From sequence record DRR378314_1433: 35,177 bases of DNA, one strand, 5' to 3'. A program made the position numbers and the translations under genes. The notes below the pieces were generated by a model. The model was given only the letters and a program-made list of their open reading frames with translations. It had not been told where the DNA came from and did no database searches. Shown one piece after another: positions 18,499 to 28,267 of the stretch; the first letter of the stretch is position 1; every line of letters starts with the position of its first letter.

Positions 18499-19986
18499 AT
18501 GCACGACATTCTGGTGATCGGCGGCGGGATCAACGGCACGGGGATCGCGCGCGACGCCGCGGGCAGGGGGCTTGATGTCGTCCTATGCGAAAAGGATGAC
18601 CTGGCGCAGCACACATCCTCCTCCAGTACCAAACTGATTCATGGCGGCCTGCGCTATCTCGAACAGTATGATTTCAGCCTCGTTCGCAAGGCACTGATTG
18701 AACGGGAGATCCTGCTCAAGGCCGCGCCTCACATCATATGGCCGATGCGGTTTGTCCTTCCGCACCACAAGGCGCTGCGACCAGCCTGGCTGATACGGCT
18801 GGGACTCTTCATCTACGACCATCTCGGCGGACGAAAGATCCTGCCAGCCACGACTACGCTTCGCCGAAAGTCGACGTCTAAACTCGATGCTTTGAAAGAT
18901 GAGTTCAGGCTCGCCTTTGAGTATTCAGATTGCTGGGTGGAGGATTCGCGTCTCGTCGTGTTGAACGCGGTCGATGCGAAGGCGCGCGGCGCCGAAATCC
19001 TGACGCAAACCCGGTGCACATCACTCACGCGCCACACCGATCACTGGGAAGCCGTTCTCGAAACTTCAGGCGAAACACACACCCGGCAGTTCAAGGCCGT
19101 CGTCAACGCGGCCGGCGCGTGGGTTGATGACATTCTGGACCTCGATAGCAACCAGCCGGACGTGACGCATCTCCGACTCGTCAAGGGTAGTCACATCATC
19201 GTGCCGCGATGGCATGAGGGTGATCACGCCTATTTCTTCCAGAATGGCGATGGCCGGATCATGTTCGCAATTCCGTATGAACGCGGAGAGTTCACCCTGA
19301 TCGGCACAACGGATGTTCCCTATGATGCTGATCGCGACAAGGTCGAGATCACTCAGGATGAAATCGAATACCTCTGCGACGGGGCAAGTGAGTACTACAA
19401 GGTGCCGGTCACGCCAGCAGATGTCGCGGCCACCTATTCAGGCGTACGCCCGCTTTACGATGACCACGCTGCTAACGCCTCCAAAGTTACGCGGGACTAT
19501 GTTCTGAAGCTCGATGATGGGGCAGGGGCCCCGATCCTCTCGGTCTTCGGCGGAAAGATCACCACCTATCGGGAGCTTGCCGAGGACGCGATGGCGACCT
19601 TGGCAGGTATATTTTCTGAAACAGCGCCGGACTGGACCCAGACCGCAAGCCTGCCTGGAGGGGATATCCTGGACGCTGATTTCTCTTCATTTCTGGGCGA
19701 ATTGCTGCGCGAGTATGCGGCGCTAGACCCTGCGCTGATTGAGCGGTTGGCGCGGGCGTATGGCACACGGGTCCGGCTTCTGCTTGGAAAGGCAGAAAGC
19801 GAAGCGGGACTCGGGCGGGCGTTCGGGGCGGGACTGTTCGAGGCGGAGGTCAACTATCTGGTCGAGTCGGAGTTTGCGCGCTCAGCCGAGGACATTCTCT
19901 GGCGTCGGTCGAAGCTTGGCTTGCACATGAGTGAGAACGAGCGACGGGCGTTTGCCGATTGGTTTGCAGAACATTACGGGGCATAG
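18499..19986 (+). CDS. glpD: FAD-dependent glycerol-3-phosphate dehydrogenase
   Basis: IGGGING, TSSSSTKLIHGGLRYLE, GVRPL and GGKITTYR motifs. Confidence 0.96.
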   Translation: MHDILVIGGGINGTGIARDAAGRGLDVVLCEKDDLAQHTSSSSTKLIHGGLRYLEQYDFSLVRKALIEREILLKAAPHIIWPMRFVLPHHKALRPAWLIRLGLFIYDHLGGRKILPATTTLRRKSTSKLDALKDEFRLAFEYSDCWVEDSRLVVLNAVDAKARGAEILTQTRCTSLTRHTDHWEAVLETSGETHTRQFKAVVNAAGAWVDDILDLDSNQPDVTHLRLVKGSHIIVPRWHEGDHAYFFQNGDGRIMFAIPYERGEFTLIGTTDVPYDADRDKVEITQDEIEYLCDGASEYYKVPVTPADVAATYSGVRPLYDDHAANASKVTRDYVLKLDDGAGAPILSVFGGKITTYRELAEDAMATLAGIFSETAPDWTQTASLPGGDILDADFSSFLGELLREYAALDPALIERLARAYGTRVRLLLGKAESEAGLGRAFGAGLFEAEVNYLVESEFARSAEDILWRRSKLGLHMSENERRAFADWFAEHYGA

Positions 19987-20151
19987 ATTCCAGATTTCCG
20001 ATGCCGGATTGGGCAACCCGGCAAGTCGAATGGGACAATCTGCACGTCCGCGCTGATTCGCCCGCGCTCGCTTGGTAGACAGGCGGAAGGGTCTATGATC
20101 AAAGGCCCCAATCGAATTATCGCGGCATGGCCGCCATGAGAGAGACTGAAG

Positions 20152-21156
20152 ATGACCAAAGGCTTGGTAACTGTTTTCGGCGGGTCGGGGTTTATCGGTC
20201 GCTATGCTGCCCGTGAACTCGTGAAAAAGGGCTGGCGCGTGCGCGTTGCGTGTCGCCATGTGAATACGGCGGGTGATGTTCGCCTCGCAGGCCCTCCAGG
20301 ATGGGTCGATATCGTTCAGGCCAATATCCGCAACCGGGAATCCGTTGATCGCGCGCTGGAAGGCGCCGACGCAGTTGTCAATCTGGTTGGCATCATGTTC
20401 GAAAAGGGCGCGCAGACGTTTGAATCCGCTCAACGCGAGGGGACTAAAGTTCTTGGCGCTGCTGCAGCCGAGAAGGGCATCACACGCTTCGTTCAAGTCT
20501 CCGCAATTGGTGCAGACGCCGATTCTGATGCAGACTATGCGCGCACGAAAGCTGAAGCCGAAGCGGCTGTGCGCGAAGCCGTGCCAACGGCGACGATTCT
20601 GCGACCATCCATCGTGTTCGGCCCGGAAGACGAATTCTTCAATCGGTTCGCCGCGATGGCGACGTCACCCATCATGAGCTTGCTGCCGCTGTTGCCTGCG
20701 CTTGGCGGTGGGAAGACGCGCTTCCAGCCTGTGTATGCAGGGGATGTGGCTGAAGCGATTGCGACTGCGGTGGATAATGAGGCGGCTGCCGGCAAGACCT
20801 ACGAATTGGGCGGCCCGCGGACTTACAGCTTCAATGAGCTGTATGACGTGATCTTCTCCACCATCGACAAACGCCGGTTCACCGTGCCGTTGCCCTTTTT
20901 AGTGGCCAAGCCGATGGGTTATCTGAGCGCTGCTGTGTGGCGCTACGTCCCACCATTCTCTTGGGGCTTTCTGGGCGATCCGCCGCTGACAGCCGACCAG
21001 GTTGAAATGTTGAAAACCGACAATGTGGTGGCCGACGATGCGCTGACCCTGAAGGATCTTGGCATTACTGATCTTGAATCGGTGGAGGCCATCGTGCCGG
21101 GCTATCTGTGGCGCTTCCGGGATTATGGCGAGTTCCACAAAGCTTCTGAAGCCTGA
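20152..21156 (+). CDS. Complex I NDUFA9-family NAD(P)-binding protein
   Basis: VFGGSGFIG, VVNLVGI, YARTK, ILRPSIVFG and FQPVY motifs. Confidence 0.9.
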   Translation: MTKGLVTVFGGSGFIGRYAARELVKKGWRVRVACRHVNTAGDVRLAGPPGWVDIVQANIRNRESVDRALEGADAVVNLVGIMFEKGAQTFESAQREGTKVLGAAAAEKGITRFVQVSAIGADADSDADYARTKAEAEAAVREAVPTATILRPSIVFGPEDEFFNRFAAMATSPIMSLLPLLPALGGGKTRFQPVYAGDVAEAIATAVDNEAAAGKTYELGGPRTYSFNELYDVIFSTIDKRRFTVPLPFLVAKPMGYLSAAVWRYVPPFSWGFLGDPPLTADQVEMLKTDNVVADDALTLKDLGITDLESVEAIVPGYLWRFRDYGEFHKASEA

Positions 21157-21157
21157 T

Positions 21158-22009
21158 CTAGAGCAGCCCGATCATGGGTGAGCCCAGGATCAGGACGGCT
21201 CCGAGCGCAAAACGGTAGATAACGAAGGGCAGGAAGCTCATTCGGCTGAGCAGTGACATCAGAAACCAGATGGACGCGAGACCGGTGATGAATGAAATAC
21301 CCGCAACAACCAGGCCATCCTGAAGCGTCAGGACTGAACTGGCAGGATCAGCGGACATGAGGCCGATGAGGCCATATCCACCGGCCGCCGCCAGTATGGG
21401 GGCACCAATCAGCATCGAGAAGCGGGCGGCTTCCGTGCGATCATAGCCCAATGCGCGCGCGGCCGTCATTGTTATGCCGGACCTGCTCGTCCCCGGCAAA
21501 ATGGCTGCGATGGCCTGCGTGGCACCGATCAGGAATGCGTGCCAGAGCGTCATGTCTTCTTCTGTGCGTGTTCGTGCGCCCTTGGCGTCGGCCCACCAAA
21601 GGAGCGCGCCGAACACTATAGTGGTTGCTGCAACCACGTAGATGCTTCGCATTGTCGAGAGCATGCTTTCTGGCAGGAACAATTCGTAGGAAACGGCGAC
21701 AATCAGGGCGATGGGGGTCGCGACGATGACGGCGGCGGCGAGGCGTGCCCCTTTCGAAAGAGGTGATTTCGAAACAGGTGCGGCGATCAGTTCGAATCCG
21801 CCCGCAACGGCATCTGCGACGTCTTTCCTGAAGTAGATGAGCATGGCCAGCAGAGTGCCAATATTTGAGACTGCGTTGATGAGCAGTTCATCCGCAGGAC
21901 TTGCACTGAAATAGCCTGCTGCAAGCAGAACGTGCCCCGAAGACGAAATCGGCAGCCACTCGGTGGTACCTTGAAGGAGGGCTATGATGGCAAGCTGCAG
22001 GAGTGACAT
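21158..22009 (-). CDS. uppP: Undecaprenyl-diphosphate phosphatase
   Basis: QGTTEWLPISSSGH, PGTSRSG and AARFSML motifs; multiple transmembrane segments. Confidence 0.95.
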   Translation of the reverse strand: MSLLQLAIIALLQGTTEWLPISSSGHVLLAAGYFSASPADELLINAVSNIGTLLAMLIYFRKDVADAVAGGFELIAAPVSKSPLSKGARLAAAVIVATPIALIVAVSYELFLPESMLSTMRSIYVVAATTIVFGALLWWADAKGARTRTEEDMTLWHAFLIGATQAIAAILPGTSRSGITMTAARALGYDRTEAARFSMLIGAPILAAAGGYGLIGLMSADPASSVLTLQDGLVVAGISFITGLASIWFLMSLLSRMSFLPFVIYRFALGAVLILGSPMIGLL

Positions 22010-22059
22010 GGCGCGAACCTAGTTGAATTCCGACAGTTTGCACCTAGCCCAATTCGGTA

Positions 22060-22200
22060 AACCAACCATCAAATCACTACATATCAAAATAATACGAATA
22101 TATGAGACTGTTTCTCATATTAGAGTGTTTTTTATGATTGTGCAGGATTGCGCATATCGAAACAATATATAAAGCGCGATATACTATTGCGCATAAGGCG
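22060..22200. promoter_or_regulatory. AT-rich divergent control region between uppP and gltD, with repeats
   Basis: ATATGAGA-N5-TCTCATAT at 22100-22120; ATTGCGCATA at 22147 and 22186. Confidence 0.6.
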
Positions 22201-22242
22201 CTCACGGCGTAAGCCCGGGCTTCCAAGGTCAGGAGCGCCACT

Positions 22243-23688
22243 ATGGCAGAAAAGATGCTGAAATTCATCAAGGTCGAGCGAAGCATGCCGACAAAGCGAT
22301 CCGCGACGGATCGCAAGGACGATTTCGATGAAATCTATGCAGAGTTCAGCAAGGACAAGGCGAAAGAGCAGGCAACGCGCTGTTCCCAATGCGGCGTTCC
22401 ATTCTGCCAGCAAGGCTGCCCGCTATCGAACAATATCCCGGACTGGCTGAAACTGGCGGCGGAAGATCGCCTTGAAGAGGCATATCAAGTGTCCTCTGCG
22501 ACCAATAACATGCCGGAAATCTGTGGCCGCATCTGCCCGCAGGATCGTTTGTGCGAAGGCATTTGTACAATCGAGCAGTCCGGTCACGGCACCGTGACAA
22601 TCGGCTCGATCGAGAAATATATCACCGACAATGCCTGGGAGCAGGGCTGGGTAACTCCTATCAAGCCGCCACGGGAGCGGGCTCAATCGGCAGGCATTAT
22701 TGGCGCTGGCCCGGCGGGTCTGGCGGCGGCGGAACAGCTGCGCCGCAAAGGCTACCAAGTTGTCGTGTATGACGCGTATGATCGCGGGGGTGGTCTGCTG
22801 GTCTACGGTATTCCGGGCTTCAAGCTTGAGAAAGATGTCGTCGAGCGTCGCATCAAACGGCTGGAAGATTCCGGCATCACGTTTAAGTTCAATACGCGCG
22901 TCGGGGAGACTGTTTCTCTCGCGACCCTGCGCGAAGAACATGACACGGTTCTGATCGCGACCGGCGTGTACCAAGCGAAGGACCTGAAATGCCCAGGTAG
23001 TGGCAATGAAGGCGTGTTCCCGGCGCTGGAATACCTGACCGCTTCCAATCGCAAGAATTTTGGCGACGCTGTCCCAGCCTATGATGATGGGACGCTGAAC
23101 GCCGATGGAAAAAGAGTTGTGGTGATCGGAGGCGGCGATACCGCAATGGACTGTGTCCGGACTGCCATTCGCCAAGGGGCGAAGAGCGTCACGTGCCTCT
23201 ATCGCCGGGACCGCGCCAATATGCCGGGGAGCCAACGGGAAGTGGCGAACGCTGAAGAAGAGGGTGTCACGTTCGAATGGCTCGCGTCACCGGAGGCAAT
23301 TCTCGATACAAAAGCCGGCAAGCTGAAAGCCGTGCGGGCGAGCCGCATGAAACTGGGTGAGCCCGATGCGTCTGGCCGCCAGTCTCCGGTGAAGACCGGT
23401 GAAACCTTTGACCTGAAGGCCGACATGGTCATCAAGGCGCTTGGCTTTGATCCGGAAGACCTGCCTGAGCTGTTTGGAGAAGAGACGCTGACCGTGAACC
23501 GTTGGGGCGCGGTGCGGGTCGATTACGCCACAATGGAAACCAGCCTGCCGGGCGTTTACGCCGCGGGCGATATCGTACGCGGAGCATCGCTCGTCGTTTG
23601 GGCCATCAAGGATGGCCGTGACGCAGCGGACGCAATGCACAAGGCGATGAAAGCACAAGAGCGCGCCTCTAAAGTGGCGGCGGAGTAA
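22243..23688 (+). CDS. gltD: Glutamate synthase small subunit
   Basis: CSQCGVPFCQQGCP, CGRICPQDRLCEG, GAGPAG, GGGDTAMD and GASLVVWA motifs; AGGAG RBS. Confidence 0.96.
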   Translation: MAEKMLKFIKVERSMPTKRSATDRKDDFDEIYAEFSKDKAKEQATRCSQCGVPFCQQGCPLSNNIPDWLKLAAEDRLEEAYQVSSATNNMPEICGRICPQDRLCEGICTIEQSGHGTVTIGSIEKYITDNAWEQGWVTPIKPPRERAQSAGIIGAGPAGLAAAEQLRRKGYQVVVYDAYDRGGGLLVYGIPGFKLEKDVVERRIKRLEDSGITFKFNTRVGETVSLATLREEHDTVLIATGVYQAKDLKCPGSGNEGVFPALEYLTASNRKNFGDAVPAYDDGTLNADGKRVVVIGGGDTAMDCVRTAIRQGAKSVTCLYRRDRANMPGSQREVANAEEEGVTFEWLASPEAILDTKAGKLKAVRASRMKLGEPDASGRQSPVKTGETFDLKADMVIKALGFDPEDLPELFGEETLTVNRWGAVRVDYATMETSLPGVYAAGDIVRGASLVVWAIKDGRDAADAMHKAMKAQERASKVAAE

Positions 23689-23692
23689 ATAC

Positions 23693-26600
23693 ATGTCAGA
23701 TTATGTAAAGCAGTATGAAGCCAACCGTCAGCGCTTGATCGACGGCCATGCTTATGACCCCGAGTTCGAGCACGATGCGTGTGGCGTTGGCCTGGTGGCT
23801 GCGTTGGATGGCAAGCCGCGCCGCGAAATCGTTGAGATGGGCATCGAGGCTCTGAAAAATGTCTGGCACCGCGGAGCAGTGGATGCTGACGGCAAGACAG
23901 GCGATGGCGCCGGTATTCGTGTGGAAGTGCCTCAGGATTTCTTCCGGGAACATGTCACGCGCACGGGCCATAACCCAACAGATGACCCGATCTGTGTTGG
24001 CCAGATCTTCTTGCCACGAACAGATTTTGCAGCGCAGGAAGCTGCGCGGACATTGGTGGAGACTGAAGTCCTGCATTTCGGCTTCTACATCTATGGTTGG
24101 CGTCAGCCGCCGGTCGATGTGACCGTTATCGGTCAGAAGGCGAAAGACACACGCCCGGCAATCGAACAGATCATGTTCCGTGACGCGATGGGACGCAGCC
24201 CCGAAGACCTGGAGCGTGCGCTTTATATCTGCCGCCGGCGGATTGAACGCCGTGCCCGCGAAGCGGCCATTCCATCTTTCTACGTTTGTTCGCTCAGCCA
24301 CTCGTCCCTGATCTACAAGGGCATGTTCCTTGCTCAGGATATCGACAATTTTTATCTGGATCTGAAAGACGAACGTTTCGTCTCTGCCTTCGCAATCTAT
24401 CACCAGCGCTATTCGACCAACACTTTCCCGCAATGGTCATTGGCCCAGCCCTTCCGAATGATTGCGCATAATGGCGAGATCAATACGGTTCGCGGTAACA
24501 AGAACTGGATGAAGAGCCATGAAATTCGCATGGTGTCCGAGGCATTTGGCGGCCATGTCGATGACGTGAAGCCGGTTATTCCGGACGGCACATCTGATTC
24601 CGGGGCATTGGATGCGGTCTTCGAAATCCTCTGCAAATCGGGGCGCTCAGCTCCGATGGCAAAAGCCATGCTCATTCCTGAAGCCTGGTCCAAACGTGAT
24701 TCCGTGATGCCTACGTCGCATCAGGCTCTGTACGATTACTGCAATTCCGTGATGGAGCCGTGGGATGGCCCGGCTGGCATCGCGGCTTATGATGGCCGTT
24801 GGGCAATCGCTGGCCTTGATCGGAATGGTCTGCGCCCTCTGCGCTATGCGTTGACGGCGGACGGTATTCTGGCTGTCGGGTCGGAAGCAGGCATGTGTCC
24901 GCTTGGCGATCACGAAGTGACGAAGCGCGGCCTGATTCAGGCCGGCGGCATGATTGCGGCGGACCTCAAGACCGGCAAATTCTATGAGCATGGTGAGCTT
25001 GTAGACCTGCTGGCGGGCAAGGCGCCTTACGAAGACTGGCTTAAGGCCGTCACAGAACTCGAGCCGGAAATCGGACCAGGGCCCGAGCCACTGATGTTCA
25101 ACAAGGAAGACCTGCTGCGACGTCAGACCGCGGCGGGATACACGCTTGAGACGTTGGAGCTCATCCTGTCGCCAATGGCAGAGGGAGGCAAGGAGGCCAT
25201 CGGTTCGATGGGTGATGATACGGCGACAGCCGTGCTGTCATACTCCTATCGCCCAATGAGCCATTTCTTCAGGCAGAATTTCAGCCAGGTGACAAACCCG
25301 CCTGTTGACCCACTGCGCGAAGAGCGCGTCATGAGCTTGAAGACCCGCTTCAAGAATCTCGGAAACGTGCTGGACACGGATAAATCCCAGCAGGAAGTGT
25401 TTGTGCTGGAGAGCCCGGTTCTCACCAACGGGATGTATGATCGATTGATTGATCGGCTTGGTGTCGGGACCGCAGAAATCGACTGTACGTTCGACGAGTC
25501 TGATGCGGCCGGCGACGGCAAAGCTCTCAAGAACGCCCTCAGCCGCATCCGTCAGGAAGCGGAAGATGCGGTACGTGAAGGTCGTGAGCACATCATTCTG
25601 ACCGATCAGCATCAGTCTGCTGATAAGATCGCCATCCCCATGATCCTAGCGACGGGTGCGGTTCACTCTCATCTCGTAGCCCAGGGTCTACGGACGTTCT
25701 GCTCCATCACGGTGCGGTCTGCAGAATGTCTCGACACGCATTATTTTGCGGTTCTGATTGGTGTCGGTGCGACGTGCGTGAACGCTTATCTGGCGCAAGA
25801 TATCATCGCCGACCGCCACGCAAGAGGGCTGTTCGGGGATCTCGATCTCAATGAATGCGTGCTGAACTTCAAGAAAGCTATCGAGGGCGGGTTGTTGAAG
25901 ATCATGTCCAAGATGGGCATTTCCGTAATCTCGTCTTATCGCGGTGGCTATAATTTCGAAGCATTGGGTCTCTCCCGCGCACTCGTGGCGGACTACTTCC
26001 CAGGCATGAGCAGCCGGATTTCCGGGCTCGGGCTTGCGGGCCTTGAAGAGAATGCGCTCGTCAGACACGAGGCCGCATTTGATGAGGACGTGGTTTCGCT
26101 TCCCGTGGGTGGCTTTTACCGCTTGCGTGCATCCGAAGAGCCGCATGCCTTGGATGGAAATCTGATCCATACGCTTCAGGCTGCGTGTGATCGCGGCGAC
26201 TATTCCATCTATCGCAAATATGTGGAGGCTGTTCACTCGCGCGACCCGATTCAATTGCGTGACTTGCTGGACTTCAAGCCTGCCGGGGCGCCGGTTCCGG
26301 TATCCAGCGTTCAGTCGATTAATGAGATTCGCAAGCGCTTCGTGACACCGGGCATGTCTTTGGGCGCCCTTAGTCCGGAAGCGCACGGTACGTTGAATGT
26401 TGCCATGAACCGTATCGGCGCGAAATCCGTTTCCGGGGAAGGCGGCGAAGACCGTGCGAGGTTCCGTCCTCTTCCAAATGGCGACAATATGAATTCTGCA
26501 GTCAAGCAGGTCGCATCTGGTCGATTTGGTGTGACGGCGGAATATCTGAACCAATGCCGAGAAATCGAGATCAAGATCGCCCAGGGTGCGAAGCCGGGTG

Positions 26601-28225
26601 AAGGCGGCCAGCTGCCTGGCTTCAAGGTGACGGAACTCATCGCGAAACTTCGCCACGCAACGCCGGGTGTGACGCTGATTTCGCCCCCACCGCATCATGA
26701 TATCTATTCGATCGAAGACCTCGCGCAGCTGATCTATGATCTCAAGCAGATCAACCCAGAGGCACGTGTCTGCGTGAAGCTGGTTGCCCAATCGGGTGTC
26801 GGCACGGTTGCCGCCGGGGTTGCGAAGGCAAAGGCAGATGTCATTCTGATTGCAGGCGGAATTGGTGGTACCGGTGCAAGCCCTCAGACCTCGATCAAAT
26901 ATGCTGGCCTGCCTTGGGAGCTTGGCCTGGCTGAAGGGCACCAGATCCTGTCGCTCAACAACCTGCGTAACAAGGTGACGCTCAGGACAGATGGTGGCCT
27001 GCGCACCGGCCGGGATATTGTGATTGCGGCCATGTTGGGCGCGGAAGAATACGGTATCGGCACGGCCGCGCTCGTCGCCATAGGCTGCATCATGGTCCGC
27101 CAGTGTCATTCGAACACATGCCCGGTTGGCGTTTGTGTTCAGGATGAAGCTCTGCGTGCGCATTTTACCGGGTCTCCGGATAAAGTCGTCAATTTGATGA
27201 GCTTCATCGCCGAAGACGTGCGGGAAATTCTGGCATCTCTCGGCCTGAAATCACTGGACGAAGCGATTGGGCGGACAGATCTCCTGACTCAGGTCAGCCG
27301 TGGTTCCACGCATCTGGACGATCTCGATCTCAACCCGCTTCTGGTGCAGGTCGATACAGAAACGCCGGTCATCTATCAGCCGAACCGTCGGGAAGAAGTT
27401 CCGGATACGCTGGATGCCCAGATCCTGCGCGATGCCGAACCATTCTTCGAACGTGGCGAGAAAATGCAGCTGGAATACGGCGTTCAGAATACGATGCGCG
27501 GTATTGGCGCGCGGTCGAGCTCTGCCATCACGCGCAAGTTCGGTATGCAAGCCTTGCCCGAAGGCCGCCTGCATATCCGCCTTGAAGGCTCAGCAGGCCA
27601 GTCACTCGGTGCGTTTTCCGTACAGGGTCTTTTGCTGGAAGTTATTGGCGATGCGAACGACTATGTCGGCAAAGGTTTGTCTGGAGCCTCCATCGTTGTC
27701 TCTCCACGGCCGAAGGAGCGCAATCGCGCCGGTGATGCGATCATCGGGAACACCTGTCTCTATGGCGCGACGGCTGGCAAGCTGTTTGCGGCAGGGACGG
27801 CGGGTGTTCGCTTTGCGGTTCGAAACTCCGGCGCTGTGACGGTGATCGAAGGCTGTGGCGCAAATGGCTGTGAATACATGACAGGCGGCAAGGCCGTTAT
27901 TCTTGGGCCGGTTGGTGACAATTTCGGCGCCGGTATGACGGGTGGAACGGCTTATATCTGGGATCCGGACAATCAGTTTGAGAAGATGGCCAACCCGGAA
28001 GCCATTGATTGGTATCCGCTTGCCGAGATGAAAGCGGATCATATCGCTGAAGCGAAGGCCCTCATCGAAGAACATTTCAAGCGGACCAAATCTCTGCGTG
28101 CGAAGGACCTGCTCGAGAATTGGGAAACAACGACCCGAGAGATCTTGATGATCGTGCCAAAGGAAATTGCGCATCTGCTGTTGGGCGACACGAAGCCCAA
28201 GTCCAGGAAGAAAGCACTGGCATAG
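23693..28225 (+). CDS. gltB: Glutamate synthase large subunit
   Basis: DACGVG (N-terminal nucleophile Cys), HQRYSTNT, HNGEIN, QGAKPGEGG, CIMVRQCHSNTCP and C-terminal GXGXG-domain repeats. Confidence 0.98.
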   Translation: MSDYVKQYEANRQRLIDGHAYDPEFEHDACGVGLVAALDGKPRREIVEMGIEALKNVWHRGAVDADGKTGDGAGIRVEVPQDFFREHVTRTGHNPTDDPICVGQIFLPRTDFAAQEAARTLVETEVLHFGFYIYGWRQPPVDVTVIGQKAKDTRPAIEQIMFRDAMGRSPEDLERALYICRRRIERRAREAAIPSFYVCSLSHSSLIYKGMFLAQDIDNFYLDLKDERFVSAFAIYHQRYSTNTFPQWSLAQPFRMIAHNGEINTVRGNKNWMKSHEIRMVSEAFGGHVDDVKPVIPDGTSDSGALDAVFEILCKSGRSAPMAKAMLIPEAWSKRDSVMPTSHQALYDYCNSVMEPWDGPAGIAAYDGRWAIAGLDRNGLRPLRYALTADGILAVGSEAGMCPLGDHEVTKRGLIQAGGMIAADLKTGKFYEHGELVDLLAGKAPYEDWLKAVTELEPEIGPGPEPLMFNKEDLLRRQTAAGYTLETLELILSPMAEGGKEAIGSMGDDTATAVLSYSYRPMSHFFRQNFSQVTNPPVDPLREERVMSLKTRFKNLGNVLDTDKSQQEVFVLESPVLTNGMYDRLIDRLGVGTAEIDCTFDESDAAGDGKALKNALSRIRQEAEDAVREGREHIILTDQHQSADKIAIPMILATGAVHSHLVAQGLRTFCSITVRSAECLDTHYFAVLIGVGATCVNAYLAQDIIADRHARGLFGDLDLNECVLNFKKAIEGGLLKIMSKMGISVISSYRGGYNFEALGLSRALVADYFPGMSSRISGLGLAGLEENALVRHEAAFDEDVVSLPVGGFYRLRASEEPHALDGNLIHTLQAACDRGDYSIYRKYVEAVHSRDPIQLRDLLDFKPAGAPVPVSSVQSINEIRKRFVTPGMSLGALSPEAHGTLNVAMNRIGAKSVSGEGGEDRARFRPLPNGDNMNSAVKQVASGRFGVTAEYLNQCREIEIKIAQGAKPGEGGQLPGFKVTELIAKLRHATPGVTLISPPPHHDIYSIEDLAQLIYDLKQINPEARVCVKLVAQSGVGTVAAGVAKAKADVILIAGGIGGTGASPQTSIKYAGLPWELGLAEGHQILSLNNLRNKVTLRTDGGLRTGRDIVIAAMLGAEEYGIGTAALVAIGCIMVRQCHSNTCPVGVCVQDEALRAHFTGSPDKVVNLMSFIAEDVREILASLGLKSLDEAIGRTDLLTQVSRGSTHLDDLDLNPLLVQVDTETPVIYQPNRREEVPDTLDAQILRDAEPFFERGEKMQLEYGVQNTMRGIGARSSSAITRKFGMQALPEGRLHIRLEGSAGQSLGAFSVQGLLLEVIGDANDYVGKGLSGASIVVSPRPKERNRAGDAIIGNTCLYGATAGKLFAAGTAGVRFAVRNSGAVTVIEGCGANGCEYMTGGKAVILGPVGDNFGAGMTGGTAYIWDPDNQFEKMANPEAIDWYPLAEMKADHIAEAKALIEEHFKRTKSLRAKDLLENWETTTREILMIVPKEIAHLLLGDTKPKSRKKALA

Positions 28226-28233
28226 GCCTGATG

Positions 28234-28266
28234 AAAAAGCCCCCGGAGCGATCCGGGGGCTTTTTT
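28234..28266. terminator. Bidirectional intrinsic terminator
   Basis: AAAAA-GCCCCCGGA-GCGA-TCCGGGGGC-TTTTTT between two convergent genes. Confidence 0.92.
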
Positions 28267-28267
28267 G

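Noticed and set aside
19987..20151. Short hairpins between glpD and the NDUFA9-like gene as a riboswitch or sRNA
   Set aside because: Only 5-6 bp stems with no recognisable aptamer. This is consistent with an ordinary promoter region.
25688..27163. 491-aa ORF antisense to gltB, and similar long antisense ORFs at 2897-3856, 9149-10084, 15047-15820, 22423-23235 and 32732-33811
   Set aside because: These are shadow frames of well-supported genes, expected from GC-rich codon bias. They show no recognisable motifs.
22243..28225. gltD placed before gltB
   Set aside because: This is the usual order in alphaproteobacteria.
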